From the NCBI RefSeq assembly GCF_040938485.1, contig NW_027271134.1:496001-560000 (forward strand): 64,000 nt of DNA, written 5' to 3'. A program made the translations under genes and the position numbers. Shown one piece after another: positions 15,344-27,351 of the stretch. The stretch comes from Diadema antillarum. Its lineage: Eukaryota. Every line of letters begins with the position of its first letter. The first letter of the stretch is position 1. The notes under the pieces are model-generated. The model was given only the letters and a program-made list of their open reading frames with translations. It ran no database searches and had not been told where the DNA came from.

Positions 15344-15377
<34 letters not shown>

Positions 15378-15563
15378 ATACTTTATTTATTTACCGCAAA
15401 TTTACTTAGCCACTTGCCAAACACAAACACACACACACACACATATCTAACAATATAGGAGTTCGGGAGAGAGAAAATACAATAAAAGGCTGGAGAAGCT
15501 GATGACTCTCTCTTCCACTACTGCATACCTATGACACATGAAGAATGACAAATCAAACATTAA

Positions 15564-15685
15564 AGGACAAGTTCACCTTCATAGACATGTGGGTTGAGTG
15601 AATGCAGCAACAATAGTAGAACACATCAGTGAGAGTTTGAGGAAAATCGGAGAATCCGTTCTAAAGTTATGAATTTTTGAAGTTT
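15564..15685. mobile_element. One end of a TTAA-flanked (Kolobok-like) non-autonomous element, truncated at the LMX1 exon
   Basis: Begins TTAA|AGGACAAGTTCACC (same TTAA|AGG end style as the 43836 element), continues GAAAATCGGA..CCGTTCTAAAGTTATGAATTTTTGAAGTTT and then runs into LIM2 coding sequence; no second TIR seen. The family call rests on recalled resemblance to echinoderm repeats. Confidence 0.6.
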
Positions 15686-15693
15686 CCTTCCAG

Positions 15694-18600
15694 TGAACTG
15701 GTAATGAGGGCGCTATCCAATGTCTATCATTTGCGCTGCTTCACGTGTGTAATCTGCGATCAACAACTGAAGAAGGGTGACGAATTTGTGCTGAAGGAGA
15801 ACAGACTTTACTGCAAGGAAGATTACACAAAAGAGCACACGATCGATACACAAAAAGGTGAGATGATAATCGTTATCTTTTTCCCTCTCGGTCACATGAG
15901 AATGCTGTTTTGAACTTGATCTTTAAAGTCCATATTTATATTCGCTTGGCGATTGACGTCATTCGTGATTGAATATATCTTCTGACTGTTTGAAGTTGAT
16001 ACCGACAATGATGATGAAAATAAGTTCAACCCGTCAGTTTCCTTTCGTATAGTCTAAATAAAGCTATCCATTCACCGTATCGCAAAGGCAAGAAATTAGT
16101 TATCAATTTCACAGTATTTCTTTCTTCACGAGAAATTTTTAGTCTATTTTCAATTCAGTACACAGTGTGAGGGGTACACTACAAAAATGATTCTCTCTTT
16201 GCACACAATACTGCTTCGTCCAAAAGACTGACAAAGATGACAAACTATACGCTGACACCTCAACCCCATAAGCTAAGCCAAGTTCTATAAACGTTAGATA
16301 GCTGATCATTTCTGTTTATATATCATAACGTGTTTCTCTTCATCATCTGCTTGTCGCCATTTTAAGTGTCTTCAAAGTCGAGTTCACAAGACGGGAGGAA
16401 AGGACCAAAACGACCAAGGACGATCCTCACCACGCAACAGAGGCGAGCCTTCAAGGCCTCCTTCGAAGTGTCATCAAAGCCGTGTAGGAAGGTGAGGAAG
16501 ATTAGTGTGAGGATGAAGCTTTACAAAAAAAAAGTTCAATTATATATATGAAACACCCCCCCCCCCCCACACACACACATACAAATAACAACGAAGAAGA
16601 AAGTGAGTGGAGGATGAAAATAACAGCTGGAAGGAGTTAAACAAGAAAGATACACATTAGACGAAGGAAAGGAGAAGAGAAGAAGAACAGGAGAGGACGA
16701 GGATGACGACACGGAGAAGAGATGTAAAGAGAGTCATTGAACCTGTGTCATGTCATTTTACTTGAGATACACTGTACTCAATTTTGTGAAATTGTGTTAT
16801 CAAAAGAATCAATCATCTATTCAATGGCTTCACAAAATGATTCAAACAATGGTCCAGAGTAGCCGCCGAAATAAAGTTACTTCATGGATTGGTAATGGAG
16901 TGTCCCATATGATTCTATAAACTTGACACCACATGTTTGGGATTTCGTGTTAACGAAATGACGAAAGTCCGTCTTTTAGTTTTAGTACAACATTGTTAAA
17001 TAAACAAATTGTGAAATAAAACAATTTTTTTCTTTTGTTAGTCCATTTTCTTACATTTATAACTGTGTGAGATTAGTCGGATAATCTCCGGATAATTTAT
17101 ATTCAGAAGGCGAGTTTACACATAGTTTAGCGACGGAGTAAATAGTATCATTTTACAAGCTACAGAACACACATGATATATTTTTTTTTTCTGGGCAGTA
17201 CCAGTGCAGGTCATTTCATTTCACATGTTTGTGATAAAGAAGAAGAAGAATAGTTCCCTTCCTAACGTACGCGGTGCCTCATTGTGGGTAGCATATAGTG
17301 AAAGAATTAGACTTGAGGCGGACGTTGCTCTCAAAATAACAAAATTACATTATAAGTTATATATACATGTATATGTTTATACTTATGTTATTTTGTTTGT
17401 AATTATTATGCTTAGAACGATGATAGAATATGATTATTACATTTCAGCAGTTTGATATAAAAATATATCTTTATATTTTTATATATATTACATATATTTT
17501 GATTAATAATATATTTTTGTCGATGAGATGATGTTAGATTGTATTTTTGTATTGAATTTAATGATTGATTTGTGTATAAAAAGATAATATTTCAGAAGAT
17601 TGGCATCATAATGATATTGCATTATATATTACGACACATTAGGCCATTTAGATATTGTTCTGTTGGTAGATACTGACGAAGGCCTGATGACAGGCCAAAA
17701 GCTCGATTGATTAAAAGGGAGAACAAGATCGAGAGCAACGTCCGCCTCAAGTCTAATTTCTTTCACTATATATATATAATATTGCTGACACAAGGTGAAT
17801 ATCACTCTTCCTTTCAAACCCGTAGGTGAGAGAAACCCTAGCCAAGGAGACTGGGCTGAGTGTGAGGGTGGTCCAGGTGTGGTTCCAGAACCAACGAGCA
17901 AAGGTAAGCAAAGGTAGTACCAGAGGTGCAAGAGACAAAATAATGTAATACAGTACTCATTTAAAAGACTTTTTCTTTTCTGTATTGTATGATGATAATC
18001 ATACATATCACGTAGGCCTATACAAGAGGCTATCATGCAATAATGATTATAATGTGAGTATGATTTCTATCTACAGTGAATTTGTTACGGAATATGATTA
18101 CAGGTGTGCTATATACACTAGATTCGATAAAGAAAATGTTCTTGAGCCTTGCCTAAAACCGACTCCTTCGAGATTCCATAGATGGTCGTGCCAGAGCCGT
18201 GTATACGTCATTATCGTGTGTGAAAGTAATAGGTTTAAAATTTGAAGTTAAAAATCATTTATGTACCTCACAGTAAATCGCTTTTACTAATCTTAGTTGC
18301 TGTTTCACAATATTTTCCAAATAACAACTTCGGTAAATGTTTAAAAGATTACAGCTGCAAGAGTAATTTTGATCATCATTATTTGTTAGAACGGAAACTA
18401 GCAAATGGTATTCTAATACTAGAGTTGTGTCATAATCACCAGCGAAAATGTGAACACTAAGATAGTGCGATTTAAATTCGGGTGGATCAGAATTTTTTGA
18501 ATACACACTACTGTACTGGATTTCAAAAACCTTGATTCGTTTTGTCTCCGTTCTCTTTTTTTTCTGTCTGTTATTCTCTTTCCCTCTATGTCCGTATCTC

Positions 18601-19989
18601 TTATTTTCTTTCAATGGTTTTCTATCTTTTCTTTTCAAAAGATGAAGAAGCTTGCTAGAAAGAATATGACGGAACAAGAAGCTGCTGCGCAAAGACGTTC
18701 AGGTAAGAATCGAGAAGTCGCACTTCAAAACGTACGCAGAAAACCATTAAACATGCCATTATTGGCAGCTTAAAAAAGCCTGAAAACTTAACGTTTGTTT
18801 AAGAGGACAGTGATAATAGTGCAACAAATTTCTTACAGCTTATTCACATAATAATCATCTAAAGATGCATGCTGCGGCAAATATGATAAATATGTACTCA
18901 TGAATGTTAACAACACTCGTATGATACGCATTTTTCATATTTCGTAATTTGCGAATATGATCTTGGGCAAAGCAATAAAAAGAACAAACATCAGTGGTAC
19001 ATGTATATTATGTGATCACGGTTAAACGATAAAGGCCAAGAATGAGACATCACACTTACACACTCTACTGGAGTGGGACTTGCCATCATCTGGAGTACTC
19101 TTTGCAATGCCGTCTTGAAATCTTATTGCATCTGTTTGTTACCAGGCAACGACGACCAGGATGAGAGCAAAGATGACGACAGCGATTTCTCCTTCAGTGA
19201 CGTCACGGACCTGGATAATTACGCATCGGGCGGCCCTTCATCCATCCCGCCTTCTCATCAGGGTATGATGGAATCACCGTACGGTCAGGATTCACCGCTT
19301 GGTGGTCAGCCACAGGTAAAACAGAAATGTATATGGACATCCTATATTCAGATTCAAACAGTAAAGATTAACACAAAATACTGCATGGAAGATGTAGGCA
19401 TATATTACTGTTTTTTATTGCTATTGTTCTTTGTGGGTTTTTTTTTTTTTTTTTTTTTTTGCTCAGCTTATCTTAATTGATATGAATTAAATCATATTTG
19501 GTGAACTTTAATTCTCAGTATGTTTTACCCTTTGAAATCAATGTATGGGACTAATATAAACACAATACTTATTAGTTGTGATTACGTTGTAAATTTTTGC
19601 AATGATTAAACACGTTTTTTTCTCTCTCTCTCGTTCTCATCTCTCCACGTCCACATGAATCCCTCTATCATACCTTCTCTCCGCCCCTCTCCTTCTCTGT
19701 CTGCCATGTACATCCTACGATCCGTTCCCTACCCGCTTAAATCCTACAGGGCATGATGAACCAACCTATGTACAGTCCCGAGCAGTTCCTCGCTGATGGC
19801 CCCCCAACCGGCATGGACGTCGTTGGAGGCATCGATCACGACATGGTGCCCACATCTCAGGTGACTACGCTCCTCACCAAAGGCGAAATGGAGATGAACG
19901 GGGGGATGGGAGCCCAGGGTGGCACCATTAGCAACCCGATCGACAAGCTTTATTCGATGCAAGACTCGTACTTCAACGCGGTAGAGTAG
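15694..19989 (+). CDS. LMX1: LIM homeobox transcription factor LMX1 (3' partial: LIM2, homeodomain, C-terminus)
   Basis: Exons 15694-15857, 16367-16491, 17826-17903, 18642-18702, 19146-19315, 19750-19989 (TAG), all GT-AG with matching phases 1,0,0,1,0. Translation includes [44 protein letters not shown] (LIM2), [29 protein letters not shown]|[26 protein letters not shown]|MKKLAR (LMX-class homeodomain) and the C-terminal [14 protein letters not shown] motif typical of LMX1. LIM1 exon(s) not found; the 5' boundary of the first exon is uncertain (see findings). Confidence 0.95.
17293..17770. mobile_element. MITE with about 40-bp TIRs in LMX1 homeobox intron
   Basis: ATATAGTGAAAGAATTAGACTTGAGGCGGACGTTGCTCTC (17293-17332) versus GAGAGCAACGTCCGCCTCAAGTCTAATTTCTTTCACTATA (17731-17770), one-base indel; TA context at both ends; AT-rich non-coding interior. 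Confidence 0.85.
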
Positions 19990-20155
19990 AAACCTGCCAT
20001 GACCGCGTGTTACTGCTCCCTCTGAAAGTCTTGGGAAGGATAGGGGATATTGCGGATGATAAGTGATATACATACGGGCTCATGGCTGTGTGTTGGAGAT
20101 TGGAACTCATGTTGCCATGGTGACGAACTGACAAGAGGCGCAAACATGGAGTCGA

Positions 20156-20161
20156 AATAAA
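20156..20161 (+). terminator. Candidate LMX1 polyadenylation signal AATAAA
   Basis: First AATAAA I found after the LMX1 stop codon (19989); usage unproven. Confidence 0.3.
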
Positions 20162-20724
20162 GGTGTGGAAATAGATTATTGGCTTTCACACTCTGTATTA
20201 ACTGAAAACAAAGTGTGATCGATACGTGAATATAGAGTTGCCGCCATCTTGACTCAAGACTGCTCATCTGAGGACATTACTGATAAGCATTCATAATGTA
20301 TAGTACTTGGCCAATTTCAGTTATGAAATGTTGCCAACCATAACGTGCAATGAAAATGGTTTGTTGTATATGTGTTCATTTTTGTAACCGTTCATATTCG
20401 TTTACATGGAAATTTATTTCCTATTTATACAATGCATTCGCCATAATCAGGGTTTGGCAGCACTTACTCGTTTCCTTATTTATTCACTATCTATAAAAAA
20501 ATGACTCTACAGTAATGTCTAAGCCTAAGTTTGTTTAAAACTACATTATTTGTAGAAGAATCAGCTCAGATTTACACTGCTGCCTCTCATTGTTGTTTAA
20601 AAGGAAAGTTGCTTCTTCAAGCTCAAAGAGAAAATCATACAGTTATTGCTGATATTTTATGTTGTTAGTTTCATTCTTAAATTAAACCTTTTCAGGAGAA
20701 CAAGACCAAACAATATACATTTAC

Positions 20725-21863
20725 TATAGGTTTTCCCATTCATTTTCAAACTTTTTTCATTCAATTTCACAAATTTTTACTTCAATTTCGTCGCGGAATG
20801 TCGGGAGTAGGCCAATCTTACTTTCAAATTCGTCTTTCGTCGTTCATTTTCAAATAAAGTCCATTCAATTTAGTCATTTGGCATACATTTTCGTCATTTA
20901 CAGTTCAAATTCGTCAGTCTCACTCGCAGCACTCAAATCAGCAGGATCGATTTCGTCTTTTGTCAATCATTTTCGTTAAATTTTAATTCATATTCGTCTC
21001 ATATCTCTACCCGATGTGATTTTCCAGTCATTCATGTATTGTTTTTTTTTCTGTAACCGTTCACATTTCACATTCAGGAGTTAACATACACACAAGTGCC
21101 CCCCCCCCCCCCCAACACACACACAGAACCACAGATATCACACACAAGCAATCCGAGTACACACTGATACAAACAGACGTATACCGTCTCGCAAACGAAA
21201 ACACTGACAAACGATTTCTAGGCAAACATGATTAAAGACAAAATTTATGTGTAGAATTGTCGCCTGTTTAATGTCAAAGAATAATTAACATAATTATGTT
21301 TGCTGCTTTCCAGGGTACAAAATTTAAACTTTGCTTCATGCATTATGATGCAAAAACCTGAACATTACGAGTTAAAGTTCAAAATGTGACACTGACATAC
21401 TGTCCTGGGTTATGACTTTTGACTGTCGTTTATCCTTCAAATCATTTTCGTTGGCAGTCTTGTTTTTCGTGTGTATTGTTAAAGCAAATGGTTAGGAATA
21501 ATGTGTAACGATACAGTTTACGAGAGAAAGTAAAAATATGTCGGCTTAAAGTTGGTTCACCATCAAAATAAAGATTATCGACAACATCTGACTAATTTGA
21601 ATGAAAAATTCATGAAATTGTGTGAACAAAGACGAATTTGATCTTCACATTCTGCGATCCGTCAGCGGGAGGGACGAATTTGCATGACAATTGACGATTC
21701 TGAATGCTATGTCTTCGAAAATGTTTGACGAAAAACGAATCACAATGACGATTGACGAAATTGAAGTTAGGATTTGCGTTCCACCTGCTTCTCGGGACGA
21801 AAGTGAATAATAAATCTTTGAAATTGAATGACAAAAGTGCGAAAATGGATGGGAAAACCTATA
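20725..21863. mobile_element. About 1.1-kb non-autonomous TIR element with subterminal TTCGTC/GACGAA repeats
   Basis: TATAGGTTTTCCCATTCATTTT at the left is inverted relative to AAAATGGATGGGAAAACCTATA at the right; the left arm is rich in TTCGTC/TTCAAT and the right arm in GACGAA/ATTGAA. Confidence 0.7.
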
Positions 21864-23770
21864 CTAATTGTCCTGTGCGTAGCGTTCTTTTATAAGCATT
21901 CCAAACATTCTATATTTTTGAGCAGTACAAATTACATTCCATTTCCATATGACCGTAAAATCTAAATTATATGAAACACCAGTAAAATTAGTAAAGTATT
22001 CCAAGCTACATGAATCGTGTCTGGTAATGTTCTGCTTATCTGTACTCTAAGACTAATGAAAACCCTGGATGAAAAAGTCATGAAATTGTGAAAATGCTGA
22101 CTTCTGCTCGCGTAGCTGTGGGGGAAGTAAACTTTAATATAACTGTGACTATGAGGATAGACCGGATGAAATATTCTTTCTGTAAACGGGTTGCTCATTA
22201 TACAATGTGGAGTGCAGTCAACGTTTTCTAATATTCGGGAATCATAGTGCACCTTACAATCTACGAGGAACGGGGAAGGGAAAAAGCAATCAAAACACGA
22301 AAGTGTAGCAGACATATAATTGAATAGATTTCCTTTGCCATATAAAAAGATCGATATAATCCAAAAGAACAACTGACTTTTGTCAAACGATACATACTCC
22401 TAATCAGTACTTGAAAACGATAAGTCTCTCTTTGGGATTTCCCAAGATAGGACACATCGCCTGCAAACAGTGGCAAAACATGCAAGTGTATTCAAAGTAG
22501 CCTTTGCCTCTGTACCTGGAGAAGAATGGATGAGAAAAAGTCGAAAAATAGCATATCAAATTTCTTTTTAATCAAATATCTAATTTCATCAGCTGTCGAC
22601 AATTTGTGTAATTGCAAATTCTACCTTTTATTTTCTACTCATTTTATTTTTTCGGATTTTTTCTTTTCTTTTTTCTTGTTTTAAAATTCTCATGCAATGG
22701 GTCGAGGTAATGATGTGTAAAGCTTAACTGTAACAAGCTATAAATTCTAACTCTAAATAATTGGGCATCCTGGTTTGCCCCCTATTTAACAAACAAGAAA
22801 AAATGCGCTTTCATTTCTATACCTTAAATCTGATTCAATTTAATTTGACACGTTGAATGTTTTAGTAGTATGATATGTTTATTATCTTTATGTAAAGGCA
22901 GACTTTTACGTCCGACTAATGTGCTCGTGCTGTACTGTTGACTCTCATCATTTTTTGTTCAAATTTCTGTATCAATGTATCTGCTCTTTATCTAATAAAA
23001 TCGATGCCATTTGAACACTAATAGCTGTAAAATGTAAATATATTAGAAGTATGTTTATATGTTTCGTTATTTATATATGTAAGTTTTAAACTGCGAAATG
23101 ATGGGTTTTCAAACGTTCGTGCAGCGACCAGAAGATTGTTGCATATCGGGTAGGAGTATATATTTGTAGTGATAGGTATAATGACGGAACAGTTCAAAGA
23201 GCTATTCTTTCAGATACTTTGCAGCAGGCACATGAATCAACTCAGTGAGTAATATTGTGACATAAAAACAATGGTTTTGACTGTCATAAGCAAGACATTA
23301 ACTACGAATGAAACTTATTCTGACAATCAACATGCTGCTCATAAAGTCTAGGATGACAGCATGATCTCATTCTATATAACTCGTAAAATATCACGTTGAT
23401 TTCACTTCACGCTTGTAATTGTGTAATTGCAGGCTTGTGATTGACTAATATATACTGTTAAAACGAAGAAAAATATTTTCCTGTGTGGTATTAAGCAGGG
23501 GCGAGAAAGCGACAGAAAATCGGTTCTTGATCGGTGAAATAAACGTCGAACAAGCACGTCAGCTTGCTTGCAGTATGGCACAGCAGGAATAGAAAGAAAA
23601 AAAACAGACACAAATGACAAATTTTGATGAGTTTTTGTTTCACATAGTTATGATAAAATCTAGTTTTTATCTTCTCCAATGTCACCTCAGAGGGGGTACC
23701 CCGTTTTGAAATAGAAAAACAGTCTTTGTCTATGTTTAATGGTGAAACACGCTGCGAAGAACCAACTTGA

Positions 23771-23819
<49 letters not shown>
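23771..23819. repeat. (ATT)n microsatellite, possibly the (AAT)n tail of a minus-strand retroposon
   Basis: About 16 ATT units; source of the poly-I ORF. Confidence 0.9.
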
Positions 23820-23822
<3 letters not shown>

Positions 23823-25057
23823 ATTTTCATCGCCCTGGCCCTGATCATCCACATTATGCAAGGTACTTCAGATCATGAATCAACCCCGTTTCAAATCATA
23901 AAACTGCCACTTATACGAGAATGCAAAGTTCAACGTTTCTACGCATTCTTGCCTACCTTGCAAAGTACTCGCTATGATTTGACAGCAAAGGACGCGTGCA
24001 ACGCGACACATCCTGTTCGTACCAGTAATGTTAATTAAACCCCCTTTCTCCACTCAATCAGAGCACGCGTTGTGGTTCATCCAGTTACACAATCGCAATC
24101 CAGTCCATTGTAACCATAACAGTTATGATTAACCTCATTAACATGGGCCATAATACTAACCGTCTAATGGTGACTACCGAAAAAGTAAAGGGCGTGACGT
24201 GATGAATCATGGATCCAACAGGCATTTCTTTCAAATTTTGATGAGTGAGAAACTAAATAATACTGGTTCAATGGCAAATCATTTGATTTTTTTACACTAT
24301 ATACTCCTAACATTATTTTACTTGATTCGTCTCTTTCTGTCTGTACTTTACTCGAGTATGTAACGTTTCCCGTTATCTTTGACCTAATAATTTGTCGTGA
24401 ATGCACGCTTCCCTGTTGATAATTGAAAGATGAATTCGGAAAAAAAAATTTTCTTCAAAAGTTATCTGAACTGTGTTCACCCCCTCCCCCCCCCCCCCCG
24501 CCAAAAAAAGTGTACTGATTGATTCAATGTTCAATTGATTGATGAAGTCATTTATTTACTAAGTTTCACTTTGTAGCCCAGACTTTATCCAGTCTTTATT
24601 CATGTAGATGCCCATATAGTTATGATAGTTCCCTTAAAAAAACAAATTAATGTTACAAGATTGATCACGAAAACGCTGTGAAAAGTGTGCGTCGGCTGAA
24701 AAGCACGGAAACTGAAAACTTACGGTCTTCTTCTAAAACTCAGTACCTTTGAGTGAAATCTCCAAGTGTTTGTAAAATGTGGAAAGACATGGAAGAAATA
24801 AAGTCAAGTTCTTTCATTTGCATGAAGAACCCTATCATGCACAGCTAGTTTGTGTTGTAATGATTAAGTTTCAAAACAGATTGAATCACTGATATACAAA
24901 ATTATCATTTTGTGTGTATGTGTGTGTTTGTGTGTGTGTGTGCGCGTGAAATACACATTCACTCATGACGACACATTCAGAAATATACATGTTTGCAAGA
25001 GCATTTTATTCTCAAAATAAAGTAGAAGATAAGAGATAGTATAGTGGTAATTATATA

Positions 25058-25223
25058 CAGTGCACTCCCGTTATAACGAACACTGTTATAACGAAATTTT
25101 GGATACAACGAAGAAAAATTCAGGACCAAATATTGTCATTTAGATATCTTTATACACTGTGATTGTGCGGATATAAGGAAAAAACTGCCGGTCCCGAGGA
25201 CTTCGTTATAACGGAGTTGCCTG
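25058..25223. mobile_element. pogo/Tigger-like MITE (family copy 1)
   Basis: TA|CAGTGCACTCCCGTTATAACGAAC ... CGTTATAACGGAGTTGCCTG; the internal AAAACTGCCGGTCCCGAGGA is shared, inverted, with the 37271 copy. Confidence 0.8.
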
Positions 25224-25264
25224 CATCATGATAAATGAGAATGAAAATAACAAAATGATAATCC

Positions 25265-25495
25265 GTTTTATTTTATATAGCACACATTACAACATTAAAT
25301 AATACATGACATAATACATCGAGAGAGAAGAAGGGACAAATCTTAAATTTTAAGAGACAAAACTCCCTATTTAGGGCGTTAAGTATAATCTATCAACAAA
25401 TAAAAGAAAGACGTTTTCAAAAGACTTTTAATATCGTATACACAATCAGCCTTTTGAGATGTTGAGGTAATTCATCCCATAACTCTGTTTCTGCC
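25265..25495 (-). mobile_element. Degenerate 3' end of an L2-group LINE
   Basis: Minus strand reads ELWDELPQHLK and, after a frameshift, ADCVYDIKSLLKTSFF, resembling the LWNxLP...FKSxLKTxLF ORF2 terminus; followed by AATAAAA. Confidence 0.5.
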
Positions 25496-26335
25496 AATTC
25501 GAAATTCCCGCTATTAACGAATTGGCGAAACCCTTTTTCCTTTTTAGACTAGTGAACCTTCAGATTAACGCACCTTGAGAATAAAGTCACAAATGTTCGG
25601 ATGAACCAACCCTATGTAATTTTCGGACTAAAGAACATCGAGGTACATGCGGAATTTGTGTTTTTCGGAATTACAAACCTTCGAAATGACGAACATAATT
25701 ATCACCAAATACAGTGGGGTGCCTTAATCGACCGACAGCGAAGGTTTCTTTCCAGACAATTGTTTTGTTCTAGAAAATGTTTAGATTAAGATAAAAGATA
25801 ACAAATCTAGTCAGCAAAGACCTGAATGACCCATGTTGCCTGTATGATTATGCATATTATAAATACGCATATGATTATAGGCCTTAATCAATAATGTCCG
25901 TTTTTTCAGCTTTTTGAGCTTTGCTGTAGTTTGTTATATGGAAAGTGAATTATGTTTTACTTCAGCGCACACAACTGAAGCTTGTCAAATAATAAAGTAT
26001 CGGTTATAGTTACTAAAACAAAACTACATTGTTAAACATAGTATATCTGAATTACATCTAAAGCTTTCATATATAGAGGAAAGTAAAACGGATATAAATG
26101 TATCACTTTGACCTAAAAGACAATTTATAAGATTTTATGTGGAATACAAAGCAAAGGTAACATCGATCCGATGATCTGTTTTAGCAGAACAGTGCTGATT
26201 TCATCATAACCAGTAGAATATGTTGATTTCAAAGATGATGTTATATGCATAATTTATATATAATCAGTAGGCTTTAAGAAAAGTGAATGATTACACTGAT
26301 TATTAAGATATTGACGAAAATTTGTTCCATGGCTA

Positions 26336-27351
26336 TCAACTTTCTTTGCCTGATTGGGTCCAATTTAAAAAAAAAAAAAACTCATTAAAAGCATTAACTA
26401 TATATTGTGGAGATTTAACACAATGATCATTAACATTGAATATTTTGGGAATAGTTTTCTGCTTATTGATCCCTAATATTTCTTTCACAATTTTCCATGT
26501 GGAAGACATTTTTCCTTGTGCATTCTCAAATTCATTGTTATAATACAATCTACGCGACGTTCGTATTATTGTTGTCAGTTTATTTATATACCGTTTATAT
26601 TCATATACATTTTCATCAGAGTGATCATTTAATTGCAACTCATTATAATTCATTTCTCTTTGATATCGATTGTAAAATACCTCTTGTAATCCATGCATTT
26701 CTTATTCTTTCACTTCCTGTTTGTTTGTTTCGCAATGGGATATTCTTATCAAAATGATGATAAAACTTATTCCAAAATAATTCATATGCTTTATCCACAT
26801 CATCACAAACAAGTATGTCATCCCAGTTTTCTGACGATAAAGCATCATTCAGGCGGTTGATATTTTCCGTTGTAAACCTACGTAATTTTCTCTTATTTGT
26901 TTTCTTGGAATATCTTTGTACGTCAAATAAGATACAAAAAATGGGGAGATGATCCGACATATCACTATAAAGAATACCGGATTGACTTGACGCTGCGTTT
27001 GTATTTATTGATATATTATCAATTAAAGATAATGATTGCGCATTAATCCTTGTCGGTTTGTCAATAACACAATGAAAAAAAATTAGAGTGAAGTATTGTG
27101 CAAAATCTCTGTGAGTTGTTATTTTCAGATAATAAATCAATATTAAAATCACCCATTACACATGCTATCTTATTACTGGTACTGATTTTAGATAATATAA
27201 TATCAAAATCATCAAGAAATGAATCCACGCTTGCATCTGGCGGTCGGTAAATAACTACAACAATCATATTTTTTCCATTTGGAATTTCAATTTCAACAGA
27301 TAAAATCTCAGCATTAGAGTTTACACAAAAAAAAAAAATTATGCCGTACAA
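26336..27351 (-). mobile_element. CR1/L2-group LINE ORF2 fragment (APE endonuclease and linker; frameshifted; no RT)
   Basis: Three overlapping minus ORFs carry APE motifs VVVIYRPP, GDFNIDLL, IDKPTRI, SLIDNI, SDHLPIF, then WITRGILQSISKRN and STWKIVKEIL typical of the region before the RT domain. Confidence 0.9.

Noticed and set aside
23739-24038. 99-aa ORF with poly-Ile (looks transmembrane)
   Set aside because: The (ATT)n microsatellite accounts for the hydrophobic run.
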